Positions 28,498 to 37,997 of a stretch of 47,190 nucleotides of DNA are shown here, piece after piece. The notes under the pieces are model-generated. The model was given only the letters and a program-made list of their open reading frames with translations. It was not told the DNA's origin and ran no database searches. The DNA is taken from assembly GCA_947628745.1 (NCBI GenBank), contig CANRBB010000002.1, positions 1 to 47,190 on the forward strand, given 5' to 3'. Source of the stretch: an uncultured Bacilli bacterium (lineage in GTDB: Bacteria; Bacillota_I; Bacilli_A; RF39; UBA660). The translations under genes and the position numbers were made by a program. Numbering within the stretch: position 1 is the first letter of the stretch; each line of letters starts with the position of its first letter.

Positions 28498-30789
28498 ATG
28501 TTTTCAAAATTTAGTGAAGAAGCACAGAAAAACTTGTTATTAGCGAAAGAAGAAATGATAAAACTTAAACATCCATATGTGGGAAGTGAACATCTTTTAC
28601 TTGCGATTTTATCGAATAAAAATCTCTCTGTAACTAAACGTTTACAAAAATATGAGGTGACGTATGACTCTTTTTATCAACAAATTGTAAAAGTTATGGG
28701 AGTTGGGAATAAAGTGACTACATGGTTTTTATATACACCACTATTAAAAAGAATTATAGAAAATGCTATATTTGATACTAAAGAAAGAAAAGAAAAAGAA
28801 GTTACAGTTGAACAGTTATTTATGTCTATGTTGGAAGAAGGCGACGGTGTTGCTATCAGATTATTAATTGGGATGAATGTTGATATTGATTTACTATATG
28901 ATGATTTTGCAAGTAAATTCACTATTAAGAAAAATAAAAAAGATAAAAAATTAATAATCAATGATTTTGCTGTAAACTTTAATAAAAGAGTGGTAGTGGG
29001 AGAGGTTGATCCTGTTATTGGTAGGGATGAAGAGGTGAATAGAGTAATCGAAATTTTATCTCGGAGGACTAAAAATAATCCTTTACTAATTGGTGAAGCA
29101 GGTGTTGGTAAAACTGCTATTGTTGAAGAATTAAGTAGGAGAATTGAAAATGGGCAAGTTCCTAAATTTTTAATAAATAAGAAGATATTATCAATTTCGA
29201 TAGCTTCACTGGTTTCTGGTACAAAATATAGGGGAGAGTTTGAAGAAAGAATTAATAAAATTATTAAGGAGGTAGAAGAAGAAGGTAATATTATTTTATT
29301 TGTAGATGAGGTGCATACAATAGTAGGTGCCGGTGGGGCAGAGGGTGCAATAGATGCTTCCAATATTTTAAAACCTAGTTTAGCCCGTGGTAAAATAAAG
29401 ATTATAGGTGCTACTACAAATGAAGAATATCATGAATTTATTGAAAAAGATAAAGCTTTAGATAGGAGATTCCAGAAAGTAAATGTTTTAGAGCCTTCTA
29501 ATGAGAAGACTCGTAATATGTTAATGACTCTTAAGCCTATTTATGAAAGTTTTCATAATGTTATGATTTCAGAGGAGATTATTGATTATATTATTGAATT
29601 AACTGAGCGATATATTCAAAATAGAAGAAATCCTGACAAATCAATAGATATTATGGATGAGGTTTGTGCCAAAGCTTCATTATTTAATGTGAATAAAGAT
29701 AATTTATTAGTAGAAATGAACAATAAAATTAAGCAAATTATCAAAGAGAAAAATAAGGCAGTACAGCAGCAAGATTTTAAGAGAGCATCTCTATTAAAAG
29801 ATGAACAGTATGATTTGGAAACAAAATTAAATTTGAGAATAACTAAAAGTAATGTAAAGAAAAATGTGACGAAGATAACGAGGAAACAAGTGGCCGAAGT
29901 GGTAGAATTAAAAACTAAAATACCAATATATGAAATAAGTAATAATTCTATAAAAATGCTTAAAACTTTAAATTCCAAATTAAAAAAAACAATATATGGA
30001 CAGGATGAAATTATTGATACGATATGTTTGTATACTAAAAGAATTTACTTAGGTTTTAGAAAAGATAAACCATATTCTTTTTTGTTGATTGGTCCTACTG
30101 GAACAGGAAAGACTATGTTGGTTAAGGAATATGTGAAGCTACTTTATGGGCAAGAAAATTTTATTAGAATTGATATGAGTGAGTTTAAAGAGGAATATTC
30201 AATTAGTAAACTTTTAGGCTCAGCTCCAGGTTATGTCGGATATAATGATAATAATACAGTAATGGAAAAAATTAGAAATCATCCTAATTCTGTTATTTTA
30301 TTAGATGAGGTAGAGAAAGCTTGCCCAGCTGTTTTAAAGGTGTTTTTGCAAGCATTGGATGAAGGCATTGTTCATGATGCAGTAGGAAGAAGTATTAGTT
30401 TTAGAAATACAGTAATATTTATGACATCTAACTTAGGTTGTAATGTTAATCCTATTGGTTTTACAGAGAATAGTAATTATAATCAATTGTTGAAAGACTT
30501 TTTTTCGGTGGAATTTTTAAATAGAATTGATAAAGTGTGTACTTTTAAAAATATAGATTTTGAGATAATTAAAAAGATTGTAAATAATAAATTGAATGAA
30601 TTAAAAAAGTTTTATTATAAAAAAGATATTAATTTATCCTTTTCTAAGAAAGTTATTGATAAAATAATTGATAAATCAAAATATTTAGAATTTGGAGCAA
30701 GGAAGGTGGATAAAATTATTGAGGAAGAAGTGGAAAATTATATAATGGAGGAGATTATATTAGGTAATAATAAAATATCTGTTGGGTGA
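28498..30789 (+). CDS. clpC: ATP-dependent Clp protease ATP-binding subunit ClpC-like (class I AAA+)
   Basis: Clp_N repeats (PYVGSEHLLLAIL), D1 GEAGVGKT / FVDEVH, UVR-like QQQDFKRASLLKDEQ, D2 GPTGTGKT / LLDEVEKA. ATG 28498 follows GGGAGA; the ORF track starts at TTG 28480. Confidence 0.9.
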   Translation: MFSKFSEEAQKNLLLAKEEMIKLKHPYVGSEHLLLAILSNKNLSVTKRLQKYEVTYDSFYQQIVKVMGVGNKVTTWFLYTPLLKRIIENAIFDTKERKEKEVTVEQLFMSMLEEGDGVAIRLLIGMNVDIDLLYDDFASKFTIKKNKKDKKLIINDFAVNFNKRVVVGEVDPVIGRDEEVNRVIEILSRRTKNNPLLIGEAGVGKTAIVEELSRRIENGQVPKFLINKKILSISIASLVSGTKYRGEFEERINKIIKEVEEEGNIILFVDEVHTIVGAGGAEGAIDASNILKPSLARGKIKIIGATTNEEYHEFIEKDKALDRRFQKVNVLEPSNEKTRNMLMTLKPIYESFHNVMISEEIIDYIIELTERYIQNRRNPDKSIDIMDEVCAKASLFNVNKDNLLVEMNNKIKQIIKEKNKAVQQQDFKRASLLKDEQYDLETKLNLRITKSNVKKNVTKITRKQVAEVVELKTKIPIYEISNNSIKMLKTLNSKLKKTIYGQDEIIDTICLYTKRIYLGFRKDKPYSFLLIGPTGTGKTMLVKEYVKLLYGQENFIRIDMSEFKEEYSISKLLGSAPGYVGYNDNNTVMEKIRNHPNSVILLDEVEKACPAVLKVFLQALDEGIVHDAVGRSISFRNTVIFMTSNLGCNVNPIGFTENSNYNQLLKDFFSVEFLNRIDKVCTFKNIDFEIIKKIVNNKLNELKKFYYKKDINLSFSKKVIDKIIDKSKYLEFGARKVDKIIEEEVENYIMEEIILGNNKISVG

Positions 30790-30795
30790 TGTTAA

Positions 30796-30824
30796 TTTAC
30801 ACATATTGATATCTATGATATAAT
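30796..30824 (+). promoter_or_regulatory. Candidate sigma-A promoter for cysS
   Basis: TTTACA (30796-30801), 17-nt spacer, extended -10 TGaTATAAT (30816-30824). Confidence 0.45.
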
Positions 30825-30846
30825 TGGCTCAGAAAAGGGTGATTAT

Positions 30847-32244
30847 ATGCGATTATTTAATACGTTAACGAATAAGGTTGAAGAATTAATTTTACATGAA
30901 GCAGGTGTTGTTAAAATGTATACGTGTGGGCCTACGGTTTATCATTTTGCTCACATAGGTAATTTAAGAACTTATATTGCTGAGGATGTTTTGGAAAAAT
31001 CACTTAAATATTTGGGATATAGAGTGGAAAGAGTTATGAATATTACGGATGTTGGTCATTTAGTAGGTGATGGTGATAATGGAGAGGATAAAATTAGTAT
31101 GGCAGCTAAAAGAGAACATAAAAGTTCTAAGGAAATTGCTGAGTATTATACTAATTGTTTTTTCGACGATTGTGATAAATTAAATATTAAAAGGCCTAAA
31201 GTTGTTTCTAAGGCAACCGATAATATAGATGAATATATAAAAATTATTACTAAATTGCTTGATGACGGGTATGCTTATATTTCGGGTGGCAATGTTTATT
31301 TTGATACATCTAAATTTCCTAAATATTATGAATTATCTGGTCGAAAAATTGAAGATCTATTGGTAGCGGTCAGAGATGATATTGAATTAGATAAATTTAA
31401 AAAGAATCCCTTTGATTTTGGTTTATGGTTCACTAATTCTAAATTTGATAATCAGGAGTTGCAGTGGGATAGTCCATGGGGTCGTGGATATCCAGGTTGG
31501 CATATTGAGTGTTCTGGAATAGCAATTAAATATTTGGGAGAATATTTGGATATACATTGTGGAGCTGAAGATGCAGTATTTCCACATCATACTAACGAGA
31601 TTGCTCAAAGTGAATCATATTTGGGTCATGATTGGTGTAATATGTGGGTTCATTTTGGTTTTTTAAATGATAAAAATGGAAAAATGAGTAAATCAAAGGG
31701 TGAATTTTTAACAGTTTCTTTGCTTGAAGAAAAAGGGTTTGATCCACTTGCTTATAGATATTTATGCTTGAATTCTTATTATCATAATCAACTTACTTTT
31801 AGCTATGATATTTTGGATGGTGCACAGAAAGCTTATGAAAAACTAAAAAATAAAGTCAAATTATTGGATGAAGTAGGATATTTACAGGAAGATAGTTTTG
31901 AAAAATACCGTGAACTTTTCAAAAAGGAAATCGAAGATGATTTAAATACGCCTAATATGTTAACTTTGATTTATGATGTGTTGAAAGATGATACGGTTAA
32001 TTCCTATACTAAATATAAGATAATAGAGAGTTTTGATTGTGTTTTATCATTGTCTTTATTTGAAAATGAGAAATGTGTTGTGGGCGATGATTTAGAGGAC
32101 TACATTCAAAATAAAATAGAAGAAAGACTTAGGGCCAAAAAAGAAAAGAATTTTAAACTTGCAGATATGATAAGAGATGAATTGTTGACAAAAGGTATAA
32201 AATTGATTGATGGTAGAGATGGGACTACTTATAAGTTGTTGTAG
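30847..32244 (+). CDS. cysS: Cysteine--tRNA ligase
   Basis: HFAHIGN (HIGH), KMSKS, GWHIECS zinc site, 465 aa. Confidence 0.97.
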   Translation: MRLFNTLTNKVEELILHEAGVVKMYTCGPTVYHFAHIGNLRTYIAEDVLEKSLKYLGYRVERVMNITDVGHLVGDGDNGEDKISMAAKREHKSSKEIAEYYTNCFFDDCDKLNIKRPKVVSKATDNIDEYIKIITKLLDDGYAYISGGNVYFDTSKFPKYYELSGRKIEDLLVAVRDDIELDKFKKNPFDFGLWFTNSKFDNQELQWDSPWGRGYPGWHIECSGIAIKYLGEYLDIHCGAEDAVFPHHTNEIAQSESYLGHDWCNMWVHFGFLNDKNGKMSKSKGEFLTVSLLEEKGFDPLAYRYLCLNSYYHNQLTFSYDILDGAQKAYEKLKNKVKLLDEVGYLQEDSFEKYRELFKKEIEDDLNTPNMLTLIYDVLKDDTVNSYTKYKIIESFDCVLSLSLFENEKCVVGDDLEDYIQNKIEERLRAKKEKNFKLADMIRDELLTKGIKLIDGRDGTTYKLL

Positions 32245-32247
32245 TAG

Positions 32248-32640
32248 GTGATGATTGTGGATTTAAGAAATATAAATATACTGGTATTTGCATATTTAGG
32301 GGATACTATTTATGAAGATTATATTAGAAAATATTTAATATATAAGGGAATAGGAAGTGTTGATAAGTTACAAAAAGAAGCTATAAAATATGTATCAGCT
32401 AAGGCACAGGCTTCTTTTTTATATTTGCTTCAGGATGGAGATAAATTTAGAGAAGATGAAAAAGATATTATTAAAAGAGCTAGAAATTATAAAAGTAAAT
32501 CACATCCTAAGGGATGCGATATTATTACTTATAAGCATGCAACAGCATTAGAAGCTGTTATTGGATATCTAGAATTAAAAAAAGATTATGTTAGAATTAA
32601 TGAGATTATGGAACTTATTTTGGGAGGAAAAGTATGTTAG
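32248..32640 (+). CDS. mrnC: Mini-ribonuclease 3
   Basis: AYLGDTIYEDYIR and ATALEAVIGYL RNase III-like motifs, about 130 aa. Position cysS-mrnC-rlmB. The start could instead be ATG 32251. Confidence 0.85.
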   Translation: MMIVDLRNINILVFAYLGDTIYEDYIRKYLIYKGIGSVDKLQKEAIKYVSAKAQASFLYLLQDGDKFREDEKDIIKRARNYKSKSHPKGCDIITYKHATALEAVIGYLELKKDYVRINEIMELILGGKVC

Positions 32641-33332
32641 TTTATGGCAGAAATGTAGCAAGTGAAATTTTAAATTTTAATCCGAAAATGGTACGAAAAG
32701 TAATAATTCAGAACAATTTTTCGGATAAAAAGTTAATTTCCTTAGTACAAAAATGTAAATTACCTTTAGAATGTCAAGATAAACATATGATGGATAATTT
32801 GGCAAAAGGAGTTCATCAAGGTATAATATTGGATGTTACGGATTACCAATATTGTAAACTTGATGATGAGCTTAAGAAATGTATTCAATTTGTTGTAATA
32901 TTAGATCATTTGGAAGATCCTCATAACTTAGGGGCCATTATTAGAACGTGTGAGGCAGCTAATGTAGATTTAATTATTATCCCTCAAGATAGAGAAGTTC
33001 AAGTTAATGCAACAGTAATGAAAGCAAGTGCAGGTTCTCTTTTGAGAATGAAAATATGTCGAGTAACTAACTTGGTACAAGCAGTTAATAAATTAAAAAA
33101 AGCCGGCTTTTGGATAGTTGGAACAGACATGAGAGGAACTTGTTATAAAGATATTGACTACAGTGGAAAAATAGGTTTAGTAGTTGGCAATGAAGGATAT
33201 GGGATGAGTAGGTTAGTAAGTGAGTCATGTGATTTTGTTGCGACAATACCTATGTATGGACAAATAAACAGTCTAAATGCATCTGTTGCTGCTAGCATAA
33301 TGATATATGAGGTAATACGTAATAGAAAGTAG
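32634..33332 (+). CDS. rlmB: 23S rRNA (guanosine2251-2'-O)-methyltransferase, SpoU/TrmH family
   Basis: LDHLEDPHNLGAIIRT, VVGNEGYGMS and SLNASVAASI SpoU motifs. Confidence 0.85.
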   Translation: MLVYGRNVASEILNFNPKMVRKVIIQNNFSDKKLISLVQKCKLPLECQDKHMMDNLAKGVHQGIILDVTDYQYCKLDDELKKCIQFVVILDHLEDPHNLGAIIRTCEAANVDLIIIPQDREVQVNATVMKASAGSLLRMKICRVTNLVQAVNKLKKAGFWIVGTDMRGTCYKDIDYSGKIGLVVGNEGYGMSRLVSESCDFVATIPMYGQINSLNASVAASIMIYEVIRNRK

Positions 33333-33337
33333 GTATT

Positions 33338-33922
33338 ATGGATTATAGAGACGTAAATGATTTTGAAGTATTATATCTTATAGCTGAGAATCAGACTGAT
33401 TGTAAAAATATAATTTTTGAAAAATACAAACCAATAATAATTAGTTTATGTAATAAGTATTTTGTTTTTGTGAAAAATAGGGGAATAGAATACGATGATT
33501 TACAGCAAGAAGCTTTAATAGCATTAAATTATGCAGTTGATCACTTTAATAGTGAAAAAAATAATACTTTTTATACTTATGCTATTTTGTGTATTAATAG
33601 TAGACTGAAGACTTATGTACATACCAGTTATAATAATAAAAATAAGATATTAAATGATTCATTATCAATAGACTTAAGTGATGATAAAGATATTGAAAAT
33701 ATAGGAATAGATAGTTATTATGATGAAAGTATTAGTTTTATAGATCGAATAATAGAGTTTAAAAATACTTTAGATTTTGAAAAGTCACTTATATTTGAAT
33801 TAAAATATAATGGTTTTACAAATAAGGAAATAAGTAAGTTATTAGAATTATCTGTAAAAAATGTATATTATTCAGTCTGCTCAATTAGAAAAAAGTTACT
33901 TATTAGTGGTTTTAGATTGTAA
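33338..33922 (+). CDS. sigH: Sigma-70 family sigma factor, SigH-like by position
   Basis: Region 2 (YDDLQQEALIALNYAVDHF...FYTYAILCI) and region 4 HTH (FTNKEISKLLELSVKNVYYSVCSIRKKL). Conserved position after rlmB and before secE-nusG. Confidence 0.7.
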   Translation: MDYRDVNDFEVLYLIAENQTDCKNIIFEKYKPIIISLCNKYFVFVKNRGIEYDDLQQEALIALNYAVDHFNSEKNNTFYTYAILCINSRLKTYVHTSYNNKNKILNDSLSIDLSDDKDIENIGIDSYYDESISFIDRIIEFKNTLDFEKSLIFELKYNGFTNKEISKLLELSVKNVYYSVCSIRKKLLISGFRL

Positions 33923-33968
33923 AAAAAATGTAATTGTAATAAAATATTATTTATAATATGGTGATTGT

Positions 33969-34634
33969 ATGAAGAATGAGTATATTACATTAGAACAATT
34001 TTTAAAACAGTGTGATTCTAGTACTGATAAAGGATTAGATGAATTACAGAAATTTTTCTTGGGTATGGATAAAAAAATGCATATTTATCATCAAAATGAC
34101 TATATAATTACTAGTTATAGGATTCAAGATATTGTGTTGAGTTTAAAACAAGAAAATAATAATGAGTATTACGATGTAGTTTTCTTAAAGTATGAGCAAG
34201 TGAGTAGTGATATTGATACTTTGATTCAGAAAAATATATTTTATGCTGGATGTTTAGCAGTGGGTATCTACAATAATTGTTTAAGTTATATAGATCCTGA
34301 TCATCCTGGTTTTTTGAAAAAGAATTTTAATTTATTTGCTGAAAATATGCCTGTTAATGTAGTCCCATATTATCGGGGCATTATAGAGAGAAATTCTACT
34401 GTATATCTTAATGATTTTGAAGATATGAGAAGAAAAAGGGAAATTGAAGCTATGAAAATGCAAGCAGAACTTGAAAGTAAAAGATCAGAAAGTAGGCCTG
34501 TTTCAGCTAAAGCTTCTAGAAAAAATGATAAATGGGGTACTACCGAGTCGGCTTTTATTGGTTTTTCTTTGTTTCCTTGTATTATTGTTTTACTAGGAAT
34601 ATTAATACCGATGGTAATTGCATTACTTGCTTGA
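33969..34634 (+). CDS. Hypothetical tail-anchored membrane protein
   Basis: 221 aa: a soluble N-domain of ~160 aa, a charged linker (RRKREIEAMKMQAELESKRSESR) and a single C-terminal TM (FIGFSLFPCIIVLLGILIPMVIALLA). It starts 46 nt after the sigma gene with no terminator between. Confidence 0.6.
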   Translation: MKNEYITLEQFLKQCDSSTDKGLDELQKFFLGMDKKMHIYHQNDYIITSYRIQDIVLSLKQENNNEYYDVVFLKYEQVSSDIDTLIQKNIFYAGCLAVGIYNNCLSYIDPDHPGFLKKNFNLFAENMPVNVVPYYRGIIERNSTVYLNDFEDMRRKREIEAMKMQAELESKRSESRPVSAKASRKNDKWGTTESAFIGFSLFPCIIVLLGILIPMVIALLA

Positions 34635-34666
34635 CATTCTTTCTGTTTTATGTTATTTTACAAATG

Positions 34667-34686
34667 AACACGGAAGGGTGTTTTTA
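34667..34686 (+). terminator. Weak intrinsic terminator after the 33969 gene
   Basis: aacac/gtgtt 5-bp stem, 6-nt loop, then TTTTT. Confidence 0.35.
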
Positions 34687-34720
34687 TTTTACAAATAATT
34701 AATATTGAAAAGGTGAAGTT

Positions 34721-34951
34721 ATGGCAGAGAAAAAAAATGAAAAAAAAGAAGTAGAAGAAAAACGTGGATTGTGGTCTAAATTTATTACTTTTTGTCATGG
34801 TGTTAAAGTAGAATTTAAGAGAGTACACTGGACATCAAAAAAAGATTTAACTAAATATTCTGTTGCTACATTATTGTTTGTGATGATATTTTCGTTGTTC
34901 TTTTATGGAGTGAATGTACTTTATAGTTTTATACATTCATTAATAGGTTAG
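34721..34951 (+). CDS. secE: Preprotein translocase subunit SecE
   Basis: 76 aa with F..V..E.KRV.W.SKKDL followed by a single TM. Lies immediately before nusG. Confidence 0.85.
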   Translation: MAEKKNEKKEVEEKRGLWSKFITFCHGVKVEFKRVHWTSKKDLTKYSVATLLFVMIFSLFFYGVNVLYSFIHSLIG

Positions 34952-34962
34952 GAGGTATTTTT

Positions 34963-35496
34963 GTGGAAAAACAGTGGTTTGTTGTTAATACATATTCTGG
35001 TCACGAAAATAAAGTTAAGGAAAAGCTTGAAATGAGAGCTGAATCAATGGGAATGCAAGATTATATTTATCGTGTTGTAGTACCAATGGAAAAAGTTAAA
35101 GAGGTAAAAAACGGAGTAGAAAAAGAAAGAGAAAAGAAAATGTTTCCCGGTTATATACTTGTTGAAATGGTTATGAGTGATGAGGCATGGTATATAGTAC
35201 GTAATACTCCAGGAGTTACCGGATTTATAGGTTCAAGTGGAAAAGGTGCTAAGCCTACTCCTTTGCAACCTTATGAGGTAGATAAGATATTGAATAGTAT
35301 GGGAATTTCTAGAATGGATGTTGATAAAGACTTAGTTGCTGGAACCAAAGTTAATATTATAGATGGTCCATTTAAAGGAATGACTGGTAAGGTAGAATCG
35401 CTTTCTCCAGAGGTTAATAAAGTAAATTTATTAGTAGATTTATTTGGGCAGGAGACAAGTGTTGAAGTCGAATTAGGTCAAATACAAAAGATGTAA
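34963..35496 (+). CDS. nusG: Transcription termination/antitermination factor NusG
   Basis: WFVVNTYSGHENKV, FPGYILVEM, and a KOW motif (G..V.I.DGPFKGM.G.V). GTG start after AGGAGG. Confidence 0.97.
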   Translation: MEKQWFVVNTYSGHENKVKEKLEMRAESMGMQDYIYRVVVPMEKVKEVKNGVEKEREKKMFPGYILVEMVMSDEAWYIVRNTPGVTGFIGSSGKGAKPTPLQPYEVDKILNSMGISRMDVDKDLVAGTKVNIIDGPFKGMTGKVESLSPEVNKVNLLVDLFGQETSVEVELGQIQKM

Positions 35497-35502
35497 AAAT
35501 AC

Positions 35503-35531
35503 TTGCATAAGTATTAAAATTATGATATCAT
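35503..35531 (+). promoter_or_regulatory. Candidate sigma-A promoter of the rplK-rplA operon
   Basis: TTGCAT (35503-35508), 17-nt spacer, extended -10 TGaTATCAT (35523-35531). Confidence 0.5.
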
Positions 35532-35657
35532 TTAAACGCTATATTTATTTTGATATAGATTTAGTGGGAGGCAGTTAAAGCTAAGTTATTAATTGAAGCG
35601 GAGAAAAGCTATTTGAACCACTCGCGAAAACGAATTAAATTATAGGAGGTGTTTTTC
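35532..35657 (+). promoter_or_regulatory. Structured 5' leader of rplK-rplA (possible L1 autoregulatory site)
   Basis: About 125-nt leader, more GC-rich than neighbouring spacers. Helices ctatat/atatag (35540-35559) and agtgg/ccact (35563-35567 with 35618-35622) enclose GGGAGGC. The L1 assignment is inferred by analogy only. Confidence 0.3.
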
Positions 35658-36104
35658 GTGGCAAAAGAAGTAATTAAAAAAATAAAATTACAGATACCTG
35701 CAGGTAAAGCTACACCAGCTCCACCAGTTGGAACAGTTTTAGGACCAGCAGGAATCAATTTACAAGAATTTTGTACAAAATATAATGATGCAACTCGTGA
35801 TAAGATGGGAGATATACTTCCAGTAGAAATTTCAATATATGATGATAGAAGTTTTGATTTTATAATTAAAACTCCACCTACTGGTTTCTTATTAAAAAAG
35901 ATAGCTCATATTAATAAAGGATCTGTTAAAGGAGCTAATGAGGTAGTAGCAACTATTACTGTTGATCAACTTCGTGAAATTGCAGAAATTAAGTTACCAG
36001 ATTTAAATTGTGATACAATCGAAGCTGCTATGAAAACAGTAGCAGGTACTGCTCGTAATATGGGAATTGTAGTAGAAGGCTACAATACTGAATCAGAAAA
36101 ATAA
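35658..36104 (+). CDS. rplK: 50S ribosomal protein L11
   Basis: [33 protein letters not shown] signature. GTG 35658 sits 8 nt after AGGAGG; the ORF track starts at GTG 35649. Confidence 0.97.
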   Translation: MAKEVIKKIKLQIPAGKATPAPPVGTVLGPAGINLQEFCTKYNDATRDKMGDILPVEISIYDDRSFDFIIKTPPTGFLLKKIAHINKGSVKGANEVVATITVDQLREIAEIKLPDLNCDTIEAAMKTVAGTARNMGIVVEGYNTESEK

Positions 36105-36171
36105 ATTGTAATTTATCCGCTTATGAAAGTTTTAATTAAATATTCCACTTATAGAAATAAGGAGGAAAGTT

Positions 36172-36870
36172 ATGAAGAAAAGAAGCAAAAAGTATGTAGA
36201 AGCTTTACATAAAATTGATAAGACTAAGGCTTATACAATACAAGAGGCTATTAAATTAGTTAAAGAAACATCTATTACAAAATTTGATGGTAGTGTTGAG
36301 ATTGCTATGAGATTAAATCTTGACACAAAGAAAGCTGATCAACAATTAAGAGGAGCTATTGTGCTACCTAAAGGTACAGGTAAAACAAACAGAGTAGTTG
36401 TCATTGCTAAGGGTGAGGCTGCAACTAAAGCTAAGGAAGCAGGAGCTGACTTTGTTGGTGATGTTGATTTGCTAGAAAAGATTGAGAAAGATAATTGGTT
36501 TGAATTTGACACTATGATAGCTACACCTGATATGATGCCTTTATTAGGAAAGTTAGGTCGTATTTTAGGGCCAAAGGGTTTAATGCCTAATCCTAAGACT
36601 GGTACTGTAACTATGGATCCAGCTAAGGCTGTTGAAGAAGCAAAAGCAGGTCGTGTTGAATATCGAACTGATAGCTTTGGTAATGTTCATACAGTTATTG
36701 GAAAAGTATCTTTTTCTGATGAAGATTTGAAAGAAAACTTAGAGGCTTTTGTAGCTAATATTATAAAAATTAGACCATCTTCTGTGAAAGGTGATTATAT
36801 AAAGAATATTAGTATTTCCGCTACAATGGGTCCTGGAGTAAAAATTTCTTTAAATAGTTTTGACAAATAG
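36172..36870 (+). CDS. rplA: 50S ribosomal protein L1
   Basis: KRSKKY...[14 protein letters not shown]...[14 protein letters not shown] pattern, 232 aa. Confidence 0.97.
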   Translation: MKKRSKKYVEALHKIDKTKAYTIQEAIKLVKETSITKFDGSVEIAMRLNLDTKKADQQLRGAIVLPKGTGKTNRVVVIAKGEAATKAKEAGADFVGDVDLLEKIEKDNWFEFDTMIATPDMMPLLGKLGRILGPKGLMPNPKTGTVTMDPAKAVEEAKAGRVEYRTDSFGNVHTVIGKVSFSDEDLKENLEAFVANIIKIRPSSVKGDYIKNISISATMGPGVKISLNSFDK

Positions 36871-36902
36871 TGAATAATAGTGTATTATAAGTTTGATTTG
36901 TT

Positions 36903-36992
36903 GGTGCCATAGACAGTAGGTATTTGTAAATCCTACCGAGGACTACTTGATGTATAATGGTTCTTGTGTCTATGATGCAAGGACTATTTTTA
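36903..36992 (+). promoter_or_regulatory. L10-leader-type attenuator upstream of rplJ-rplL
   Basis: Long-range helix catagaca (36908-36915) / tgtctatg (36967-36974) encloses hairpin gtagg/cctac (36916-36920, 36932-36936). The alternative hairpin tggttcttg (36958-36966) / caaggacta (36978-36986) is followed by TTTTT. The heptamer aggacta is duplicated at 36940 and 36980, so the two folds exclude each other. Confidence 0.55.
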
Positions 36993-37025
36993 TGGTAACA
37001 TACAAAAAGATGAGGAGGTGTATAT

Positions 37026-37520
37026 ATGGCAAGCGAAAAAATCTTAAAACAAAAACAGGCTGTTATAGACGAAATTAAGCTACATGTAGAAAATGCTACT
37101 AGTATTGTTTTGTTTGATTATAGGGGTTTAACTGATAGTGAGACAAAGCAATTACGTACAAAATTAAAAGAAACAGGTTCTACTTATAAGGTATTTAAAA
37201 ATACATTAATGGCTAGAGCATTTAAAGATTTGAATATTGATTTTGGTGATGCTTTAACTGGTCCTAGTGCGTTAGTGTATGGAAGTGACCAAGTGGCACC
37301 GGTTAAAGTTTTGACTGAATTTGCTAAAAGTCATCCAGCGTTAGAGTTAAAAGTAGGATACATTGATGGAGAGATTGCTGATAAGAATAAATTGGCTGAA
37401 TATGCTTCATTACCATCAAGAGAAGGCCTACTAACTATGTTAGCTGGTGGAATGATTGGATTGGTAAGAGATTTATCAATATGTTTAGATTTATATGCTA
37501 AAGAGAAAGAAGAAAATTAA
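37026..37520 (+). CDS. rplJ: 50S ribosomal protein L10
   Basis: 164 aa with the typical L10 N-terminus (K..VIDEIK......[10 protein letters not shown]). GAGGAGG RBS. Confidence 0.97.
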   Translation: MASEKILKQKQAVIDEIKLHVENATSIVLFDYRGLTDSETKQLRTKLKETGSTYKVFKNTLMARAFKDLNIDFGDALTGPSALVYGSDQVAPVKVLTEFAKSHPALELKVGYIDGEIADKNKLAEYASLPSREGLLTMLAGGMIGLVRDLSICLDLYAKEKEEN

Positions 37521-37537
37521 GTAAGGAGGAATATATA

Positions 37538-37912
37538 ATGGCAAAAATAACTAAAGAAGAATTTATTAGCGCTTTAAAAGAAATGACACTTTTGGAAATC
37601 AAAGAATTAGTAGATGCAATGAAGGAGGAATTTGGTGTTGATCCAACAGCAGTTGCTCAAGCTGCACCAGTAGCAGGTGCTGCTAGTGCTGATGCTACAC
37701 CTTCAACAGTAACTGTTTCAATAACAGATGCTGGTGCTGGTAAGGTTGCAGTTATTAAAGTTGTTCGTGAAATCACTGGATTAGGATTAAAAGAGTCTAA
37801 GGATATAGTTGACAATCCTGGTACAGCTGTTAAAGAAAACATTTCTGTTGAAGAAGCTAACGAAATTAAGGCTAAGCTTGAGGAAGCTGGAGCAACTGTT
37901 GAAGTTAAGTAG
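37538..37912 (+). CDS. rplL: 50S ribosomal protein L7/L12
   Basis: Ala/Val-rich hinge, C-terminal [24 protein letters not shown]...[10 protein letters not shown]. Confidence 0.97.
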   Translation: MAKITKEEFISALKEMTLLEIKELVDAMKEEFGVDPTAVAQAAPVAGAASADATPSTVTVSITDAGAGKVAVIKVVREITGLGLKESKDIVDNPGTAVKENISVEEANEIKAKLEEAGATVEVK

Positions 37913-37962
37913 TTAGAATTAAGAAATATTTAAAATTTGTTAATAAAATAGTGTGTTGTTTG

Positions 37963-37997
37963 AACCTCACTGAATTTATATTCAGTTGAGGTTTTTA
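37963..37997 (+). terminator. Intrinsic terminator after rplL
   Basis: aacctcactgaat pairs with attcagttgaggtt (13 bp, one bulge). The loop is 4 nt and TTTTT follows. Confidence 0.8.

Noticed and set aside
28677-29363. 228-aa minus-strand ORF, plus 120 aa at 29616..29978, antisense to clpC.
   Set aside because: They lie entirely inside a well-supported clpC frame. The products are low-complexity Ser/Thr/Ile/Leu-rich, typical of the antisense frame of Lys/Glu-rich AT-rich genes. They have no RBS.
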